Shown here piece after piece: positions 45,429 through 63,439 of a stretch of 64,000 nt of DNA. Within the stretch, counting starts at the first letter, position 1, and each line of letters opens with the position of its first letter. Location of the stretch: positions 3,968,001-4,032,000 of the forward strand of contig CM035362.1 in NCBI GenBank assembly GCA_020137815.1, written 5' to 3'. The translations under genes and the position numbers were made by a program. The DNA is from Hormiphora californensis. Taxonomy: Eukaryota; Animalia; Ctenophora. The notes beneath the pieces are model-generated. The model was not told the DNA's origin and searched no databases. It worked only from the letters and a program-made list of their open reading frames with translations.

Positions 45429-46245
45429 AATGTTGACCGGATATTCCTTTTTCTTAGGTAAACAACAAACAAGACTTTGTACTCTGTTTACACAAAGCTT
45501 TTATGACGAACTTTGTGAATTGTGGAATGTTAAATACAATTCTCAAAATATTTGGTCACGCCTCACAATACATTTGGGGAAAAGGGGGGAATTTGTTTTG
45601 TCTCAAAGAGAGATAGGGTCGAGAAAGGGACAATGTGGGTGTGTAACAAAACCCACATCGCTACTTCCTCCTCTCACACCCCCCCCCCCCCCCTTCCACA
45701 CACACCGTCCACCGTGTGCCTCTGAGCTGGCGGGGTAACTTGACGTAACGCGCGATCTTCTCTTGTTTGTACAAAGTGCGCAACTGCTTCAAATACCCCA
45801 CCCTGTTTAGCCGACGAGCTTTGCTTGTCAAGATTCCGTGATTTTGATGATTTCACTCAAAGATTCCGTGATTTAACACTCTTCCTTTTCTCTCTAGGTG
45901 TGTTGCAGCCCCAAGGATTTGTCATATACGAGTGGAGATATTGGCCAACATTACAAACTAACGGCCCTACATCTCAAACGAGACTCAAAAAGATAAAACG
46001 GGGATGATTTTTTGATGTTTTTAATTCCTTTTCATTACTTTGAAAGTAAATACAACGATCTTGTTTTCAATTTAATCTGACCTGCAGAAAATGAAAATAG
46101 AGAAAACATAAAGAAATCATGAAAAAACAAACAAAATTAAATACACTCACAAACAGTCCCCAATTATTTAACAAGCAACTCTTTAATTACTCATAGAGAG
46201 AGAGTCTGAAAAGTCACTGGACACTATAAAAATCACCAACATTTC

Positions 46246-49200
46246 CTACTTCCATATTTTCATTATACCCCCCATATCCACACTCACCAAACACGGTTGG
46301 GTCGTTTTAACAAACGCCAAATCTGTCACTGCGTGATGGTGTGCTGGAGAGGGCTGGGATAGTCCCTTGTTTTCGGTATAACTCATCGCTATATCTTCTT
46401 CTGCTTGGATAATTTCCACGTCTCGTATTATTGATTTACGGTACACCTGCGAGGGAGGGATTTGAGAGATTGTTCTTCCCCAAAATGGGACAATAAACAG
46501 GCACATTTCACTGGATCTGCTAAGTCCTCACACGTGTGAGCTACACTATGTCTCACCTGTCGCCCGATTATCTCCCGGGGCCCAGATAGCACGGAACTGT
46601 CTGATTCGTGCCGGGTGTTCCATAATCGTACACAATAATCCGCGCCACCCGTTACAAGCACATCCGGGCTAAGCGGTAACACGGATCGAACCCTGGGAGA
46701 AGAGGGGTTGTCAGTCAAATCGGGCCTGGGCTGGACTCAAAATCCTGAATCCAGAGCACAGAGACAAAAGATAGAATTCTGTTGCGCGGCGTAAAAAGCA
46801 ACTGCTGACAATGACCGCGACGCAACTTTCCATAGCTAAATCGAGGCGTGGACGAGGTAGACCCTGTTGAGAGCAATTGTGAGTGGGTTAACACTGGCTG
46901 TGTGGAATCTGTGAGCCAACCGGCTACAACTTGCCTAGTGCTCGACCCTGTTTCACGGAGGTGGGTTAGAACATAACAACCTGCTACAGACTATGTGTAT
47001 CTTGTTTTGTTCAAACACACATTAACTCGACAAACAGGTTTTCAATTTGTGTAATTAAAGTGATTAACTATATTACCCGGAATTTGGTTGATCAGCGGGG
47101 GTAGTTAACTCTGTGGTGGCAGGTCCGTACCAGAAGGCCCTCTCCTTACACCCACTCTCCATATTCCAAGTGCCGACCTGAAATTAGTCTCAGACAGGTC
47201 AAGTAATTAGACAATAGTCTCTCAATTGATGATTTAGTAATGGTGGGTAACTGTTTGTTAGTTAATTCCCACTAATCACATATCACACTGAAACATAGGT
47301 TTCAAAACATATGCAAGACCCCCGTAAAACTACATCTGTAATAAAACAGTCGGACCTCGATTTACTGGTCAAAACACTTCCCCTGAGCATCTCTGATCTC
47401 GGTAAATCCGACTAAACAATAAACATGGAATTAAACATGGAATTAAACATGGAATTAAACATGGAATTAAACATGGAATTAAACATGGAATTAGTGGTCC
47501 GACTATATACCTCGTTATATCCCTTTATTCCAACGTTTATCGTACTGCTACATGCCAGCGAGGGAGAGAGACATGTTATAGGTTCAGTGCGGTCTGACTG
47601 CCAAGAAGTGATTGGTAGACGAAACCGGAGGTCCCAACACGTCAACCATCCATGCCTGAATGAATAATGATAGAGTTGTTATTATCATTGTTAACATGCC
47701 TGAATGTGATAGATCTTTGTTAGACTTAGGGTGATATATGAGATGTTCCTGAGCATTGTTCCATCTCTGATACAAATAACCTTTCTGACCCCAGTTTTAG
47801 GGCTCGTTTAGCCCCCACTCGATACCTACCTGAGGTAGGCTACCTCCTTCCCTACCTAATATTATAATTTATAATATCCCCCCAAGTACCTACAGCTACC
47901 TTATTCCAAAATAAATCCAATACTCCCCCATGCCTACCTCGCCCCCATCCCTACCTAGTGTAAGGGAGAAAGTGAGAGAACAGCTAAGAGAAGGTATTAT
48001 TCCTACGTAGTTCCCAAATAAAAATTGTTCCTGCCTAGTACCGAGACAGATCCAGTGCTCGATACCTCCCTACCTACTATTACCCTACCTAGTTCCCTAC
48101 CTCACCCCCATACCTACCTAGCTCCCTACCTAGTTCCCTACCTCACCCCCATGCCTACCTCGCCCCCATCCCTACCTAGTTCCCTACCTACTATGTATTA
48201 CCTACCTAGTCCCGAGACAGATCCAGTGCTCGTTCCGGTCAGTACACATGGCACTAACAGGTCCGTATTGAGGTTTATTGCTCAACTTGAAGACGAATGA
48301 TCCACATCTCATATCCACACAAACTATATTCCCATTGCTTGTACCAACAACTAGATTCTGTTGGTCTCCTATCGTGGGAGGAGTTGGTTACTATGGGGAT
48401 AGGGGATAGGATAGTTGGTTTATTATTTATTATTTAGTTACTATGGGGGCAGGGATAGAGGGGAAAACATTGTGATAATACTGAATATAAATCGAAATCT
48501 ATAATCAATTAAACGATAAGCAGTTGGTAGTTTATTAATTAGTAATTAAGTACATAATAATAATCAGTTGATAAGTTAAGGTTACCCTTATTACTGATCA
48601 TCAATTAATTAATTAATTAATTATTATCACTAATTACCCGATCCTAATGTATCCATGTCCACAACAACATCCCCACTTTCTATATCCAAGGTTTGAGCAG
48701 CACATACCTTCAGCTCCTTTACACCCACCTCATGTAAATTACCCTCTCTTGTCACAACTGCTACTTTGTCACCTAGAAGAAGAGTGTTGTCACAACTGCT
48801 ACTTTGTCACCTAGAAGAAGAGTGTTGTCACAACCGCTACCTTGTCACCTAGAAGAAGAGTGTTGTCACAACTGCTACCTTGTCACCTAGAAGAAGAGTG
48901 TTGTCACAACTGCTACTTTGTCACCTAGAAGAAGAGTGTTGTCACAACTGCTACTTTGTCACCTAGAAGAAGAGTGTTGTCACAACTGCTACTTTGTCAC
49001 CTAGAAGAAGAGTGTTGTCACAACCGCTACCTTGTCACCTAGAAGAAGAGTGTTGTCACAACTGCTACTTTGTCACCTAGAAGAAGAGTGTTGTCACAAC
49101 TGCTACTTTGTCACCTAGAAATATAGTTGGGTATGATATCCCCTCATTTCTCTCCCTCCTGCGCTACGTCTAGTTAGGGATGGGAAAATAAAGGGGGACA

Positions 49201-52200
49201 TCGTACCCAAGAAATATCATAGAGGGTGTTTTCGTGAAAGTCAAAAACACAGTAGCTCCGCTTTGAGAAAAACTGGGTCAAGTAAGAGGCTATGTGGAGA
49301 GCTGGTAACTGCGACAGATGGACTATATTACCAAGAAAAGGGAATATATTGCCGCACAGAGGAAAAACAAACATTTTAAATCACCTTTATCATAGAAGGC
49401 AAGTCCCTTGATTGGCTGTCCTGGTCGGGAGTAGGTCTGCCTACTAGAAATAACAATATTGCGACTATCAAACTTTTTGGTGTTCCAAATCTTGACATTT
49501 CCATCCTCCGAGGCAGGTAGCCAGGATTGAGTGGATGGTTGATACTTTGACGTGGTTAATTGCTGCCTTGTGTTCGTTCATCTGGGGATATTTAGGTGTC
49601 ATCTGTGGGAGGAAATTGGGGTGTTTAGGTGTCATCTGTGGGGAGGGAATTGGGGTGTTTAGGTGTCATCTGTGGGATGGGGATTGGGGTGTTTAGGTGT
49701 CATCTGGGGGGAGGGAATTGGGGTGTTTAGGTGTCATCTGTGGGAGGGAATTGGGGTGTTTAGGTGTCATCTGAGTGGGTAGATTGGGGTGTTTAGGTGT
49801 CGGGCGGGCTAACAAACACCGTCAAGTACCCAGCCATCAGGGAGGAGGGAAAATTAAACTACCTGACAGACTAGGATACCCTTGGGTTGCCAGGCAGCGG
49901 GTGGTGCCCCCACTCCCTTTCGTTCTTCTCTCCTACTCGCAAAATACTCCGTCTTCTTTCTATTCAACAGTTCTGAAAATTGAGTCGGTGATAACCAAAA
50001 CTTCTTGAATTTCATCAATAAAATTAAACACCTTTTAATTTTGATTGGTATTTTAAATCAAAGAGTTATTACACTTACTAGTCAGATTATCATCCCTCTG
50101 ATTACTATCCCAATCCCAGCCCCTCTCTTCTCCTCCACCCTCTTTAGCGACATCAAAACTCTTGGTAGAATCAGATAAACTAGGTGAGGAGGGGGTTTGT
50201 TGCTGACCAGGTGCATTATCAGCATCCAGGTAGTCAAGACGCTTGATCTTGGTTTCATCGACAACCAGACCAGGATTGTCGTCGTAAATTCCAGCGCTAC
50301 TGGGTGATAACTTCTGGATGTAACCTGTGTGTGGGTGTCGTTGGCTTGGTTTGGTTTGCTCATTTGGAACTGTAAATCATAACATAGAACGTGAAAATCA
50401 TATTTGAACGGGAATAGAGAGAACGAAAGAGAGAGACTGACCAATATATACACGAACCTGCGAGTGTAATGATTTGTCTCCGTTGTTTGTCACCCATCCC
50501 AAGATTAACCAACTTCCCAACCACAGCCCCAACCTCCGACCCCTCCTCTGCTCCACTCCCCTTCTCAAAAGCCCTCAACAGCTTATCTTTGTGCGGTGAA
50601 CCCACAACAAAATCTAACAACTGCCTCGGTAGCGGCATTGGGAGAGCTTGAAGGAGTGCACGCTCATTATCCGGGTTGTGAACTGGTAGTTCCAGGACCG
50701 GATGTAGGAGTGGGAGAATCTTGCAGTATAAGTCAGCAGGATGGAGTTGCTGCGAGGCAGTGGAGATGAACCGGACTGTACTGTAACGTAGCCACAAGTT
50801 AGGATGGCACAATAGGGGAACAGTTTCCCTTACTAACTCCTCCAATAATCCCTCCTCAAGGAGACCTAGTTGGGTCAGGGATATGAGCGCTGTGAGGGTT
50901 TTACAAACAACGAATTCCTCTGCATCACATAGCCCTTGTGATAGAAGGGGTTTCAACATTTTGAGACTTTGCCACCCCACAAAAGCTGCAACCCCGACAA
51001 CACTTTCAAAGAATGCTCCCCGTAACCGCCAATCGTCTTTATCATTTAGAAAAGTTATCACGTGTGATAGGATCAGGTCGTTAGCCTTTTCTAACCCGAA
51101 AAACACGCACAACTTGGTGATGCTAATCTCCAACAATATTCTCCGAGCGACCTTGTCCTCACCCGTCAGGATCTGTCTCACTGGAACTTGAACAATACTG
51201 TGAAGCTCCTGGAGTTCATCGTCGAAATTTAGGGGCGGATTTGGAGAGAGTTCGAGGAATGAAAGCGCCGCCTCCGCAAGCAATCCAATGTGCTCCGCGA
51301 AAACCCGCTGAACGAGCGGTTCCGGATCAAGAGAGAGCTTGTTGACGCACGGGAAGATGTACTCCGGGAAAATGCTTTGGTAGGTACTGACAGACGTTGT
51401 TTTTTGGAGGGAGTTAGAGAGGGTGGCGATTGATTGGGCACGTATCTGGGCTGCTGGGTCAGCTGTAAAGAATAGAATGTGAGGAAGGATACGATCTAGT
51501 ACGAGATCATCTGGAACTAAACTAGCCAGTCTTTCCAGGAGGGTGAGCGCCTGGAGTTTAACCGATTGTCGGTGGATTCCACGAATACAGGAAGTAATGA
51601 GAGAGAGGATTATGACGTAACCACCACTTTTATCATTCCCAGTTTTACTAAGCGTCTCCTCAATCATCGCCCACTTGTTTGCAATGTAGTGGAGTTTCCG
51701 GTCGGATGAGTTGAATAACGGCCCCGAAAAAATCTTGATGAAGGAGTAGAGGAAAGGAAAATGTGGCGGGAAGGTGTTCTCATAATACTGGAGGTACTCC
51801 TCTGCGGACATCCGCTTTTGTGGATCAACCTCTAACATGGACCTCACCATCCTCCGGATATCCACAGTTTCAATCTGATCCACAAGTTGATCGGGGCTGT
51901 AATTTCCATGTTTGTAGGAGATCAGATTGTGTATGTTAAACAGTTGTCCTCCTTCCAGGTACATCTCAGCGATAACGCAGCCCAGGGAGAAGATATCCAT
52001 TGCGGGTTGGAGGGGAGGTTGTTCAGTCTCTGAGGGACTGAGTTGCTCCTTAAACCGTTCCGGTGCAATGCTGCAACTTCGTTTCCGGGATGACGCGAAG
52101 AAGAAACTAAAAACCGCTGGGTTATCCTCGAGGAGTTCAGTTGGTTTGAACACCGCGAAATCCTGTCAGTAGGACCCAATTCCATGACGTCACAAGAAAG

Positions 52201-52837
52201 TTCTCCGTTTTCAGATCACCGTGGACTATATTCTTGCTGTGGCAATCTTCCAACGCGCGTAACATCTGGTAGACTACCCACAGCTTCTCAACAGCACTCA
52301 AGAAGGGTCGACTGTGGATACGATCCGAGAGGCACGACCAGACATACTGTCTGATTAGGATGCCACTTCGTTCTGTTATGAGTGATTTAGGGGCGGTTAG
52401 GGTGCCGGGTGTTCCTTTGAGGGCAGTGTGGATTTGGGCTATCTTTTCGCTGTAGCTTTGGAGAATACTCCGTTCAATTCTTGGAAATACCTTGACGACA
52501 ACTTGGCTGCCTTTATATCTGGGAGAGGGGAAATGATAATCATCATAGTACAGTTGAAAGGGGAAATGATAATATTAGTGAATAGTGGAATCTATTCAAA
52601 TCAGGGGGCATACATACAGTAGGATAGAAACAGAAAATATCAAGGTTGACAATTTTGTTTGGCAGAACACGAGTTTGGAAATTTAAAAAAAGAACACATC
52701 ATGTCTCACCTGGCACGGGCGATTTTCAGGAATCGAGTACTTCCCAACTTTTCAGCGAACTCATATTCCTGAAGCTCTGTGAAGTATTCTTCAACAGAGA
52801 ATATTTGGGTTGGAACGAGGGAGATTTGGTTTCCCAT
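46246..52837 (-). CDS. PIK3R4: Vps15 / PI3K regulatory subunit 4 (kinase-like, HEAT and WD40 domains); two 1-nt frameshifts in this assembly
   Basis: MGNQ myristoylation-type start at 52837; motifs LGSTRFLKIARA, RPFL..EKLW, HGDLKTENFLVTSWNWVLLT[D]FAVFKP, MDIFSLGCVIAE, ITFLNDKDDWRLRGAFF, WQPKGILV..EHKAAIN; ends HHHAVTDL..GIMKIWK*. Confidence 0.93.
47420..47493. repeat. 12-bp (AAACATGGAATT)n array
   Basis: Seen directly in the sequence. Confidence 0.9.
48750..49118 (-). repeat. 38-bp minisatellite (about 10 copies), each unit containing a Vps15 acceptor site and exon start
   Basis: Minus-strand unit actcttcttctag|gtgacaaagtagcagttgtgacaac. Confidence 0.93.
49591..49801 (-). repeat. 33-bp minisatellite of acceptor-like sites upstream of a Vps15 WD40 exon
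   Basis: Minus-strand unit ctaaacaccccaattccctcccacag|atgacac; the real acceptor is tatccccag|atgaacgaacac. Confidence 0.88.
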
Positions 52838-53568
52838 TCACATGCCTTTTTTTAGCTATATAATGTTAGCCGTTAGGGGAGGGGTGTCAGATAAATATAT
52901 TGTAATGGGGGTTAGAAAATATTTCAGGGGAAGGATGTGATGGCAAAAAGGGGAGGTATGAGGGGGGGGGGCAAAAAGGGAAGGTGTCAGGGTTTCTAGT
53001 ATATTTTAGAGGCTCTTTTTAACTCACTCGATACAGCTGAGTCACAGTGACTCCTGTGTATCTTTTTTTGCCATCACACTGTGACTGTCACTGCAGACAG
53101 ATCTCGCAGTTTAAATCACATCTATTTATCACATCTATGACCTCTTTCCTAGATCTGGACACATTCAACACGAACAAGATATTTGGTCAGACATGTGGAG
53201 ATTTGGCATCTCAGTGTAAGAAATGTATACAAATCTTGATTTTAGTCATGTCATTATTTGTCTCTCTTCACTGTACTAGCTCCTACGCGTGTGCGTTCTA
53301 CTTTAGAACTGTTATGTTCTTTAACTTTAAATTTGTGAGATAGGGTCGAGCAAGGCAACTACGGAACTCTTATACTACTTCGTTATATAATGCGACTTAG
53401 TTAGACGATTGTTTTTTTCCAAACAATTAACAAATATAGAACACCACCTTAGCAGGTGAAATTTCATATCTGAATGATCTACATTCATAATACATATATA
53501 TGTATTTTAATATCAATACACACACTTCTACACCCTCTTTTTATAACGCACAGTCTCTACAGTCGATA

Positions 53569-58003
<4,435 letters not shown>

Positions 58004-59530
58004 GCTAGAGAGGAGGTGAAGGTTTAGTCATTGATTTGATATGAATTGATAAGAGCGGTTGCCATGGGCGTAAACCCCTGTTGGGGACCCACGCAAGATT
58101 TAGCCATGCTCAATTAGTTGTTGTTGTCGTCATGAACAATTGTTGATAAGTTGTGTTGTGGTGGAGAGTGAGAAAAAAAGAAGAGATGTTAGAAATAGAG
58201 AGATGTTAGAAATAGAGAGAAAGTGACTTTATGCATGCCACTTGGTAAATGGATGAATGATAAAATTATGTGGTAACTCAGGGGCACTTTCCATGCACAC
58301 GACTTGCTTATTATGAATGAGCATCGAAAATTTATAAACAGCATAAAACGCTAGGGAAATGCTAGGTGTTAAAATCAATTCTAGTAGCTTGGATTAAGAG
58401 AACCTTATCGAAAAATAGTTGAAAAGGGATTGTTTGAGAGTATTTTCCCGGCTGTGCGAAAGATCGAGAAAAAGATCGTGAATCGGAGGATAGAGATATA
58501 TAGTTAAACATCATCATCAATAGGTATTTAATGATCGTTAAAACTGCGATATAGCCACGTGAAAACAGCCCTAGTTAGAGAGGAAGAGGACTAAACAGGA
58601 TTTTTTAACTTCTGAAAATTTGTAACTTTGTCTCAAGAACATTTAGAGCGAACCTTTGTTCTATAAGTAGCGGCCTTTGTTCTTTGAGACGTCTGAGTTG
58701 GTCTAATAGTTGTACTTGATTTTTTCCGTTCTGAGATTTGATATGTATCATTGCCTAGCTAGACTGAGTTTCACACGCCTGATATCAGATATAATGTTCA
58801 TGTTTTACTGCTTTAATTAAAAGTGTTGCTTGCCTGCCCGATCTTCTTCACAGATTATTTATACCGCAAGTTCGGAAGATTTTAAGAGAGAGAGATCAAA
58901 CGAAAGAGAGATTATATATTGTGCTTATTAACCGATTCAACATACAGGTCATGCTTGACAATACGTCTTTCCTCACTTTTCTTTGCACTGTTTTCACAGC
59001 ACCGTATTGTGTGAAACTGTTACCATTTTAGGAATTTGACGGGCCTGCTCTTCACGAGATTATAGAACCGAAAGGAATGTGAAAGGTGTCTTTGTCAAAC
59101 AGATGCACCCCTTGACCTTTCTTTTAAAATAAATTTAAACAAGCACATGTGCTCTTCAACTCTTTTAACTTTTTAAAAACAGACTTTAGCCGGTGGATGC
59201 TCGTGTGTGTGTGTTATCTTTTCATTTTCTCTCTCTTTACCGCTTAGATGTTCTCTCTTTACCTCTCGCTCTCCCTCTCTCTTTATGTTATAGTATTGTC
59301 TGTTGATACGATTGCTCACCGGTTTATTTCTTTGAGTATCATTTCATTGTAATTCTCTCAGTTAGTTTAGACTACACTGTTTAGTTCTTAAACTTTTGTT
59401 GCCTGCTCACATGTTTCCATGATCAGCTGTGTTCCTTACTAACAAGTTCCTTACTAACAAGTGTTTGTGGTAAACATGTTTAGATTTCGGATTTTTCCAC
59501 CCTTTGTTTTTTTCAAGTTCCAATTTCACT

Positions 59531-59841
59531 CTTGAACTAACAAATCGCCACTTTTAGAATCAATTTTTCCCCCGATACATGCCCTTTTTGAACTAAAAAT
59601 CGCCACTTTTAGAATCACTTCCCCCCCCCCCCCCCCCCCCCCGATACATGTCCTTTCTGGACTAACAAAAATCGCCACTTTTAGAATCACTTTTCCCCCG
59701 ATACATGTCCTTTTTGAACTAACAAATCGCCACTTTTAGAATCACTTCCCCCCCCCCCCCCCCGATACATGTCCTTTCTGGACTAACAAAAATCGCCACT
59801 TTTAGAATCACTTTTCCCCCGATACATGTCCTTTCTGGACT
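59531..59841 (+). repeat. About 55-70-bp tandem repeat copying an acceptor-like site and the candidate start codon of the downstream gene
   Basis: Unit aatcgccacttttag|aatcactt..cccgatacATG(t/c)cctt, 5 copies; the last ATG is at 59826. Confidence 0.85.
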
Positions 59842-62340
59842 CAAGAAAACCGTGGTGTACGCAGCGTCTCTGCCAGCTTTCCCAGGCACAACTCTCGGAG
59901 GTAAGTTACATCCATATATGGGCATATGACTCACCAAAATACTGTATGTACTACAAAGCATGCATGAATATGCAAAGCATGGAAAAACTATCTTTGTTAT
60001 CTGGATATAGTAAGATGATTTAACTAAAATTTAAGCCTCAACCAGAAAAAAATTTGATACAAAGGATTTCTACCTCAAACGTACTCCTAAGGTTCCCCTC
60101 TAACGATCCCAACCAATGCTCAAATTGAGCAGAGGGTGCAAAGGCCTCATTTCCGGGTGGGCGTGGTACCTGTGTTTTCAGCCTGAGGCCAAAACCATAA
60201 GTCCCCTTAAAATAGGAGCAGAGAAAAAATCGAGGGCACTAGAGTGATCAGCGTCCTCGAATTAGTGGGGGTAGGTGATGGAATTAAGTCTCTATCTCAT
60301 CTGGTTAATTAGATAATTGGATAATTAGGTTTGCGCATAACCGTTTTTTGGCTATATGACTATAGCCACTTAGGAATGATTTAGAGACTTTTCATTGGTG
60401 CCATTTTGTAGGCAAAGAGAAGTTATGGGGGGTCGACGTCGGACTTTTAAGCTCTATCTTCAACCGTTTAGCCGTTATTTGGCTTTAACGGTGTTCAAAA
60501 ACGGGCTTTTTACAGTATTTTACTCATTTGGAGTATCTTAAAAGCCAAATAACGGCTAAACGGTTGAAGATAGAGCTTAAAATTCCGACGTCGACCCCCC
60601 ATAACTTCTCTTTGCCTACAAAATGGCACCCATGAAAAATCTCTAAACCATTCCTAAGTGGCTATAGCCATATAGCCAAAAACGGTTATAACTATAAATG
60701 CTCAAACCTATTTATCCAATTATCTAATTAACCAGATGAGATAGACTTAATTCCATCACCTACCCCCACTAATTCGAGGACGCTGATCACTCTAGTGCCC
60801 TCGATTTTTTCTCTACTCCTATTTTAAGGGGACTTATGGTTTTGGCCTCAGGCTGAAAACACAGGTACCACGCCCACCCGGAAATGAGGGCTTTGCACCC
60901 TCTGCTCAATTTGAGCATTGGTTGGGATCGTTAGAGGGGAACCTTAGGAGTACCTTTGAGGTAGAAATCCTTTGTATCATTTTTTTCTGGTGTTCCTGGC
61001 TTATCACCTTACTAATACCATACCTTAACCAACTACCATTTCGGCTAGAAGTAGGGGTGTGGTACTTGGTAGGACGTGTGACGTCACATTTGTGAATGGT
61101 AGCGACTTTAGCTTCACAAGCTGAAAGCATGCCAATTTGGACCAAGTCCAATAAATTTAACTTCACTAAGTTCACAGTGTTATCAATTTAACATGAAACA
61201 ACACGCCTCAGGTCCTGCATGGTCTTGAGAGATATGGATTCCCCTCTTCTGCTGAAATAGAGAACTGTGCGTACGTTCAAGCTACCAATGCGAATCAGTA
61301 CATGGAATTAGTGGCCAAGGCAATATATGATATCCTACGGTTGAAGAAAAATATTCACAATCTTGACCAAGAAGCGGTTAGTTTTTCAAAGATTGCGTTT
61401 TGTTTCCCTCAAATTTCAAGATCTTGTGACGACAGGATGTTCTTTTCAGCTAAGACGAGCCTTTGACGAGCTTCGTTTTGGAAAACAAGGAACCACTGAC
61501 AGCAATGCTAATAGCTCTAACAGCTCCCTTCAAGGTATAAAACCGTCGATCTATTCCCTCTCGGACGTTCTTTCAGCCTGCCATTTCATTGTTACTCAAC
61601 GTAAAACATAATAACAAATTCAAATTAACCAGGTAACGGGGAGCTATTCTTTGATCGGACGAAGTACGATAAAAAGACACCGTACAACAAAGTCAAGGTC
61701 ACGAAATCAACCGTAAAACCAAAACCACAACCGGCAAGAAATCACGTGAAATTCCAAATTGAGCAGATGGAAACCAAGGTTTGTTAAACTCGGGATCCCG
61801 ATAGAGCTTGTTATGTTCTAACCCTCCTTTACATTTGTTTCGCGAGCGGGGTGCGCAAAACACAGTCTAGCTAGGCAAGATAGAGCACTGTTAGTGGAAC
61901 GCGATCTATTCCTGTGTTTGTTAAACTCAATTGAAATTCAGTTGGACAAGGCACTTTGTTAGCACTTCGTCTCTTTAAATAAAACTAATCCTAACTTTAA
62001 AGTATTACTACTAGGAGGATCAAGAGGTGGCACTACCCGTGAAGACTGCACAGAAGCAACGACTGGTGGCCGTCAGATCTAATGTCAGTGAAGATTCAGA
62101 CGAAGTTAGTTCCACAACTTCAACAAGTTCGGCGGACAGGGAAGAAATGGGGCAACTGGATCGCATCATCGGCTACGTGAAAAGTAACAAGTTCAATTCA
62201 GATGCGTTCTGCTCGAAAAGTTGAGAGAGAAATATCCGAATGATGCAAAGCTCTCTCATAAAATGAAAATCAAGCTACATTGTCTGTTAGAGCTTCTTGA
62301 TGGATTTGAGTGTTTTGATGAGTTTGCTGAGATGGCTTGA
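59826..62340 (+). CDS. Putative multi-exon gene with a KIX-like N-terminus (MED15-like), one frameshift near 62200-62220
   Basis: In-phase exons 59826-59900, 61212-61376, 61451-61535, 61633-61778 and 62015-62340. SAEIENCAYVQATNANQYMELVAKAI resembles KIX helices 2-3. The C-terminal frame reads LREKYPNDAKLSHKMKIKLHCLLELLD. Confidence 0.55.
60041..60991. mobile_element. About 950-bp foldback (long hairpin) element in an intron
   Basis: Arms of about 450 bp (accagaaaaaa..gatacaaaggatttctacctcaaa through gccgttatttggcttt) are inverted around a spacer of about 50 bp. Confidence 0.85.
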
Positions 62341-63439
62341 GAGAAAAAAAAAGAAACTGATTCGTATGATTTGACCCAAATATTTCATTTAGACGTTTCT
62401 CAAACATTGAGCGTGAAATATTTATTCTACCGATGCGTGGTTAGAGATTCAAAAGATCATTAACATAAGTTTTGTATCTTTAATTTCTTAAACTTTTATA
62501 GATCACCTCGACGTTAGGCTTTAGCAAAAACTCGTTCTATTTCTGAGTCCCACCTTTGAGTGTCATCACTTTTTTGAAGGATTTATCTACAGAGTAGTAG
62601 CGGTGTCTCAGGTAGATGTAAGAAGGAAGGAAGCGGTGCAGCGTATTCGAGCTCTTGAAGTATAAAGCAATAACTAGTAAGGGAGAAGAGAGCTCCAAAA
62701 AACCAAACTTTGGATTTTGTGGAGAACAGAGAGTACGCTGACGGTCGGCGTTCTCGGTGGACACCAGAGTAATTTCCAGAAGGCTTCGTCCCCTTGACCT
62801 GTGGCTTGACTTTGCGGCCCCTTGGCCCTACTTGAGGGGGCTCTGCTCACTTCACCCCGCCGGGGCTGCGTCCCTGGGACCCCCTTGGCAAACGCTGCTG
62901 GCCCCCGATAGTGCGGGATAAGGCAGCGACCCCCATACCCCTGCGTCGACCGAGGCTGCCACCCATGAAACGACTCACACCCCTGCATTACCTAAAGTTT
63001 AACGCTTTCGTAATTGGCATATATGCAGTATGCTACAGACCGGCATAAGGCAACTCTTTTCAACGCTTTTGAACTTTTTACTTTCGTAAAAAACTTTTTT
63101 TTTTCAGAAACGTGTGAAAAAATAATAATAAAAGAAGCCACAAATGGCCTAACACAAAACAAATCAAAACAAACAAAAAAACACAAATCCCGACATGACA
63201 AAAAAAAGAAAATAACGCAAAAAAAATCAAAACGCTAAGAGCACACGCCCTAAAGGGGACCAGAAAAGACAAGAAAAAAGGAAACCAAGCGAAGAGAAAA
63301 GACTACTACACAAAACACACACACACAAACAAAACACCACAGCACTCACCCAAATGCAACACACATGCACAAACACTCGACATACAAAATATATATTGAA
63401 TTAAATCATCATAGTAGTTAAAGGTGGATTAATTAATAA

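Noticed and set aside
62537-63360. GC-rich stretch with short ORFs followed by A/C-rich simple sequence
   Set aside because: Possibly a transposon UTR, but I could find no TIR, TSD or protein motif
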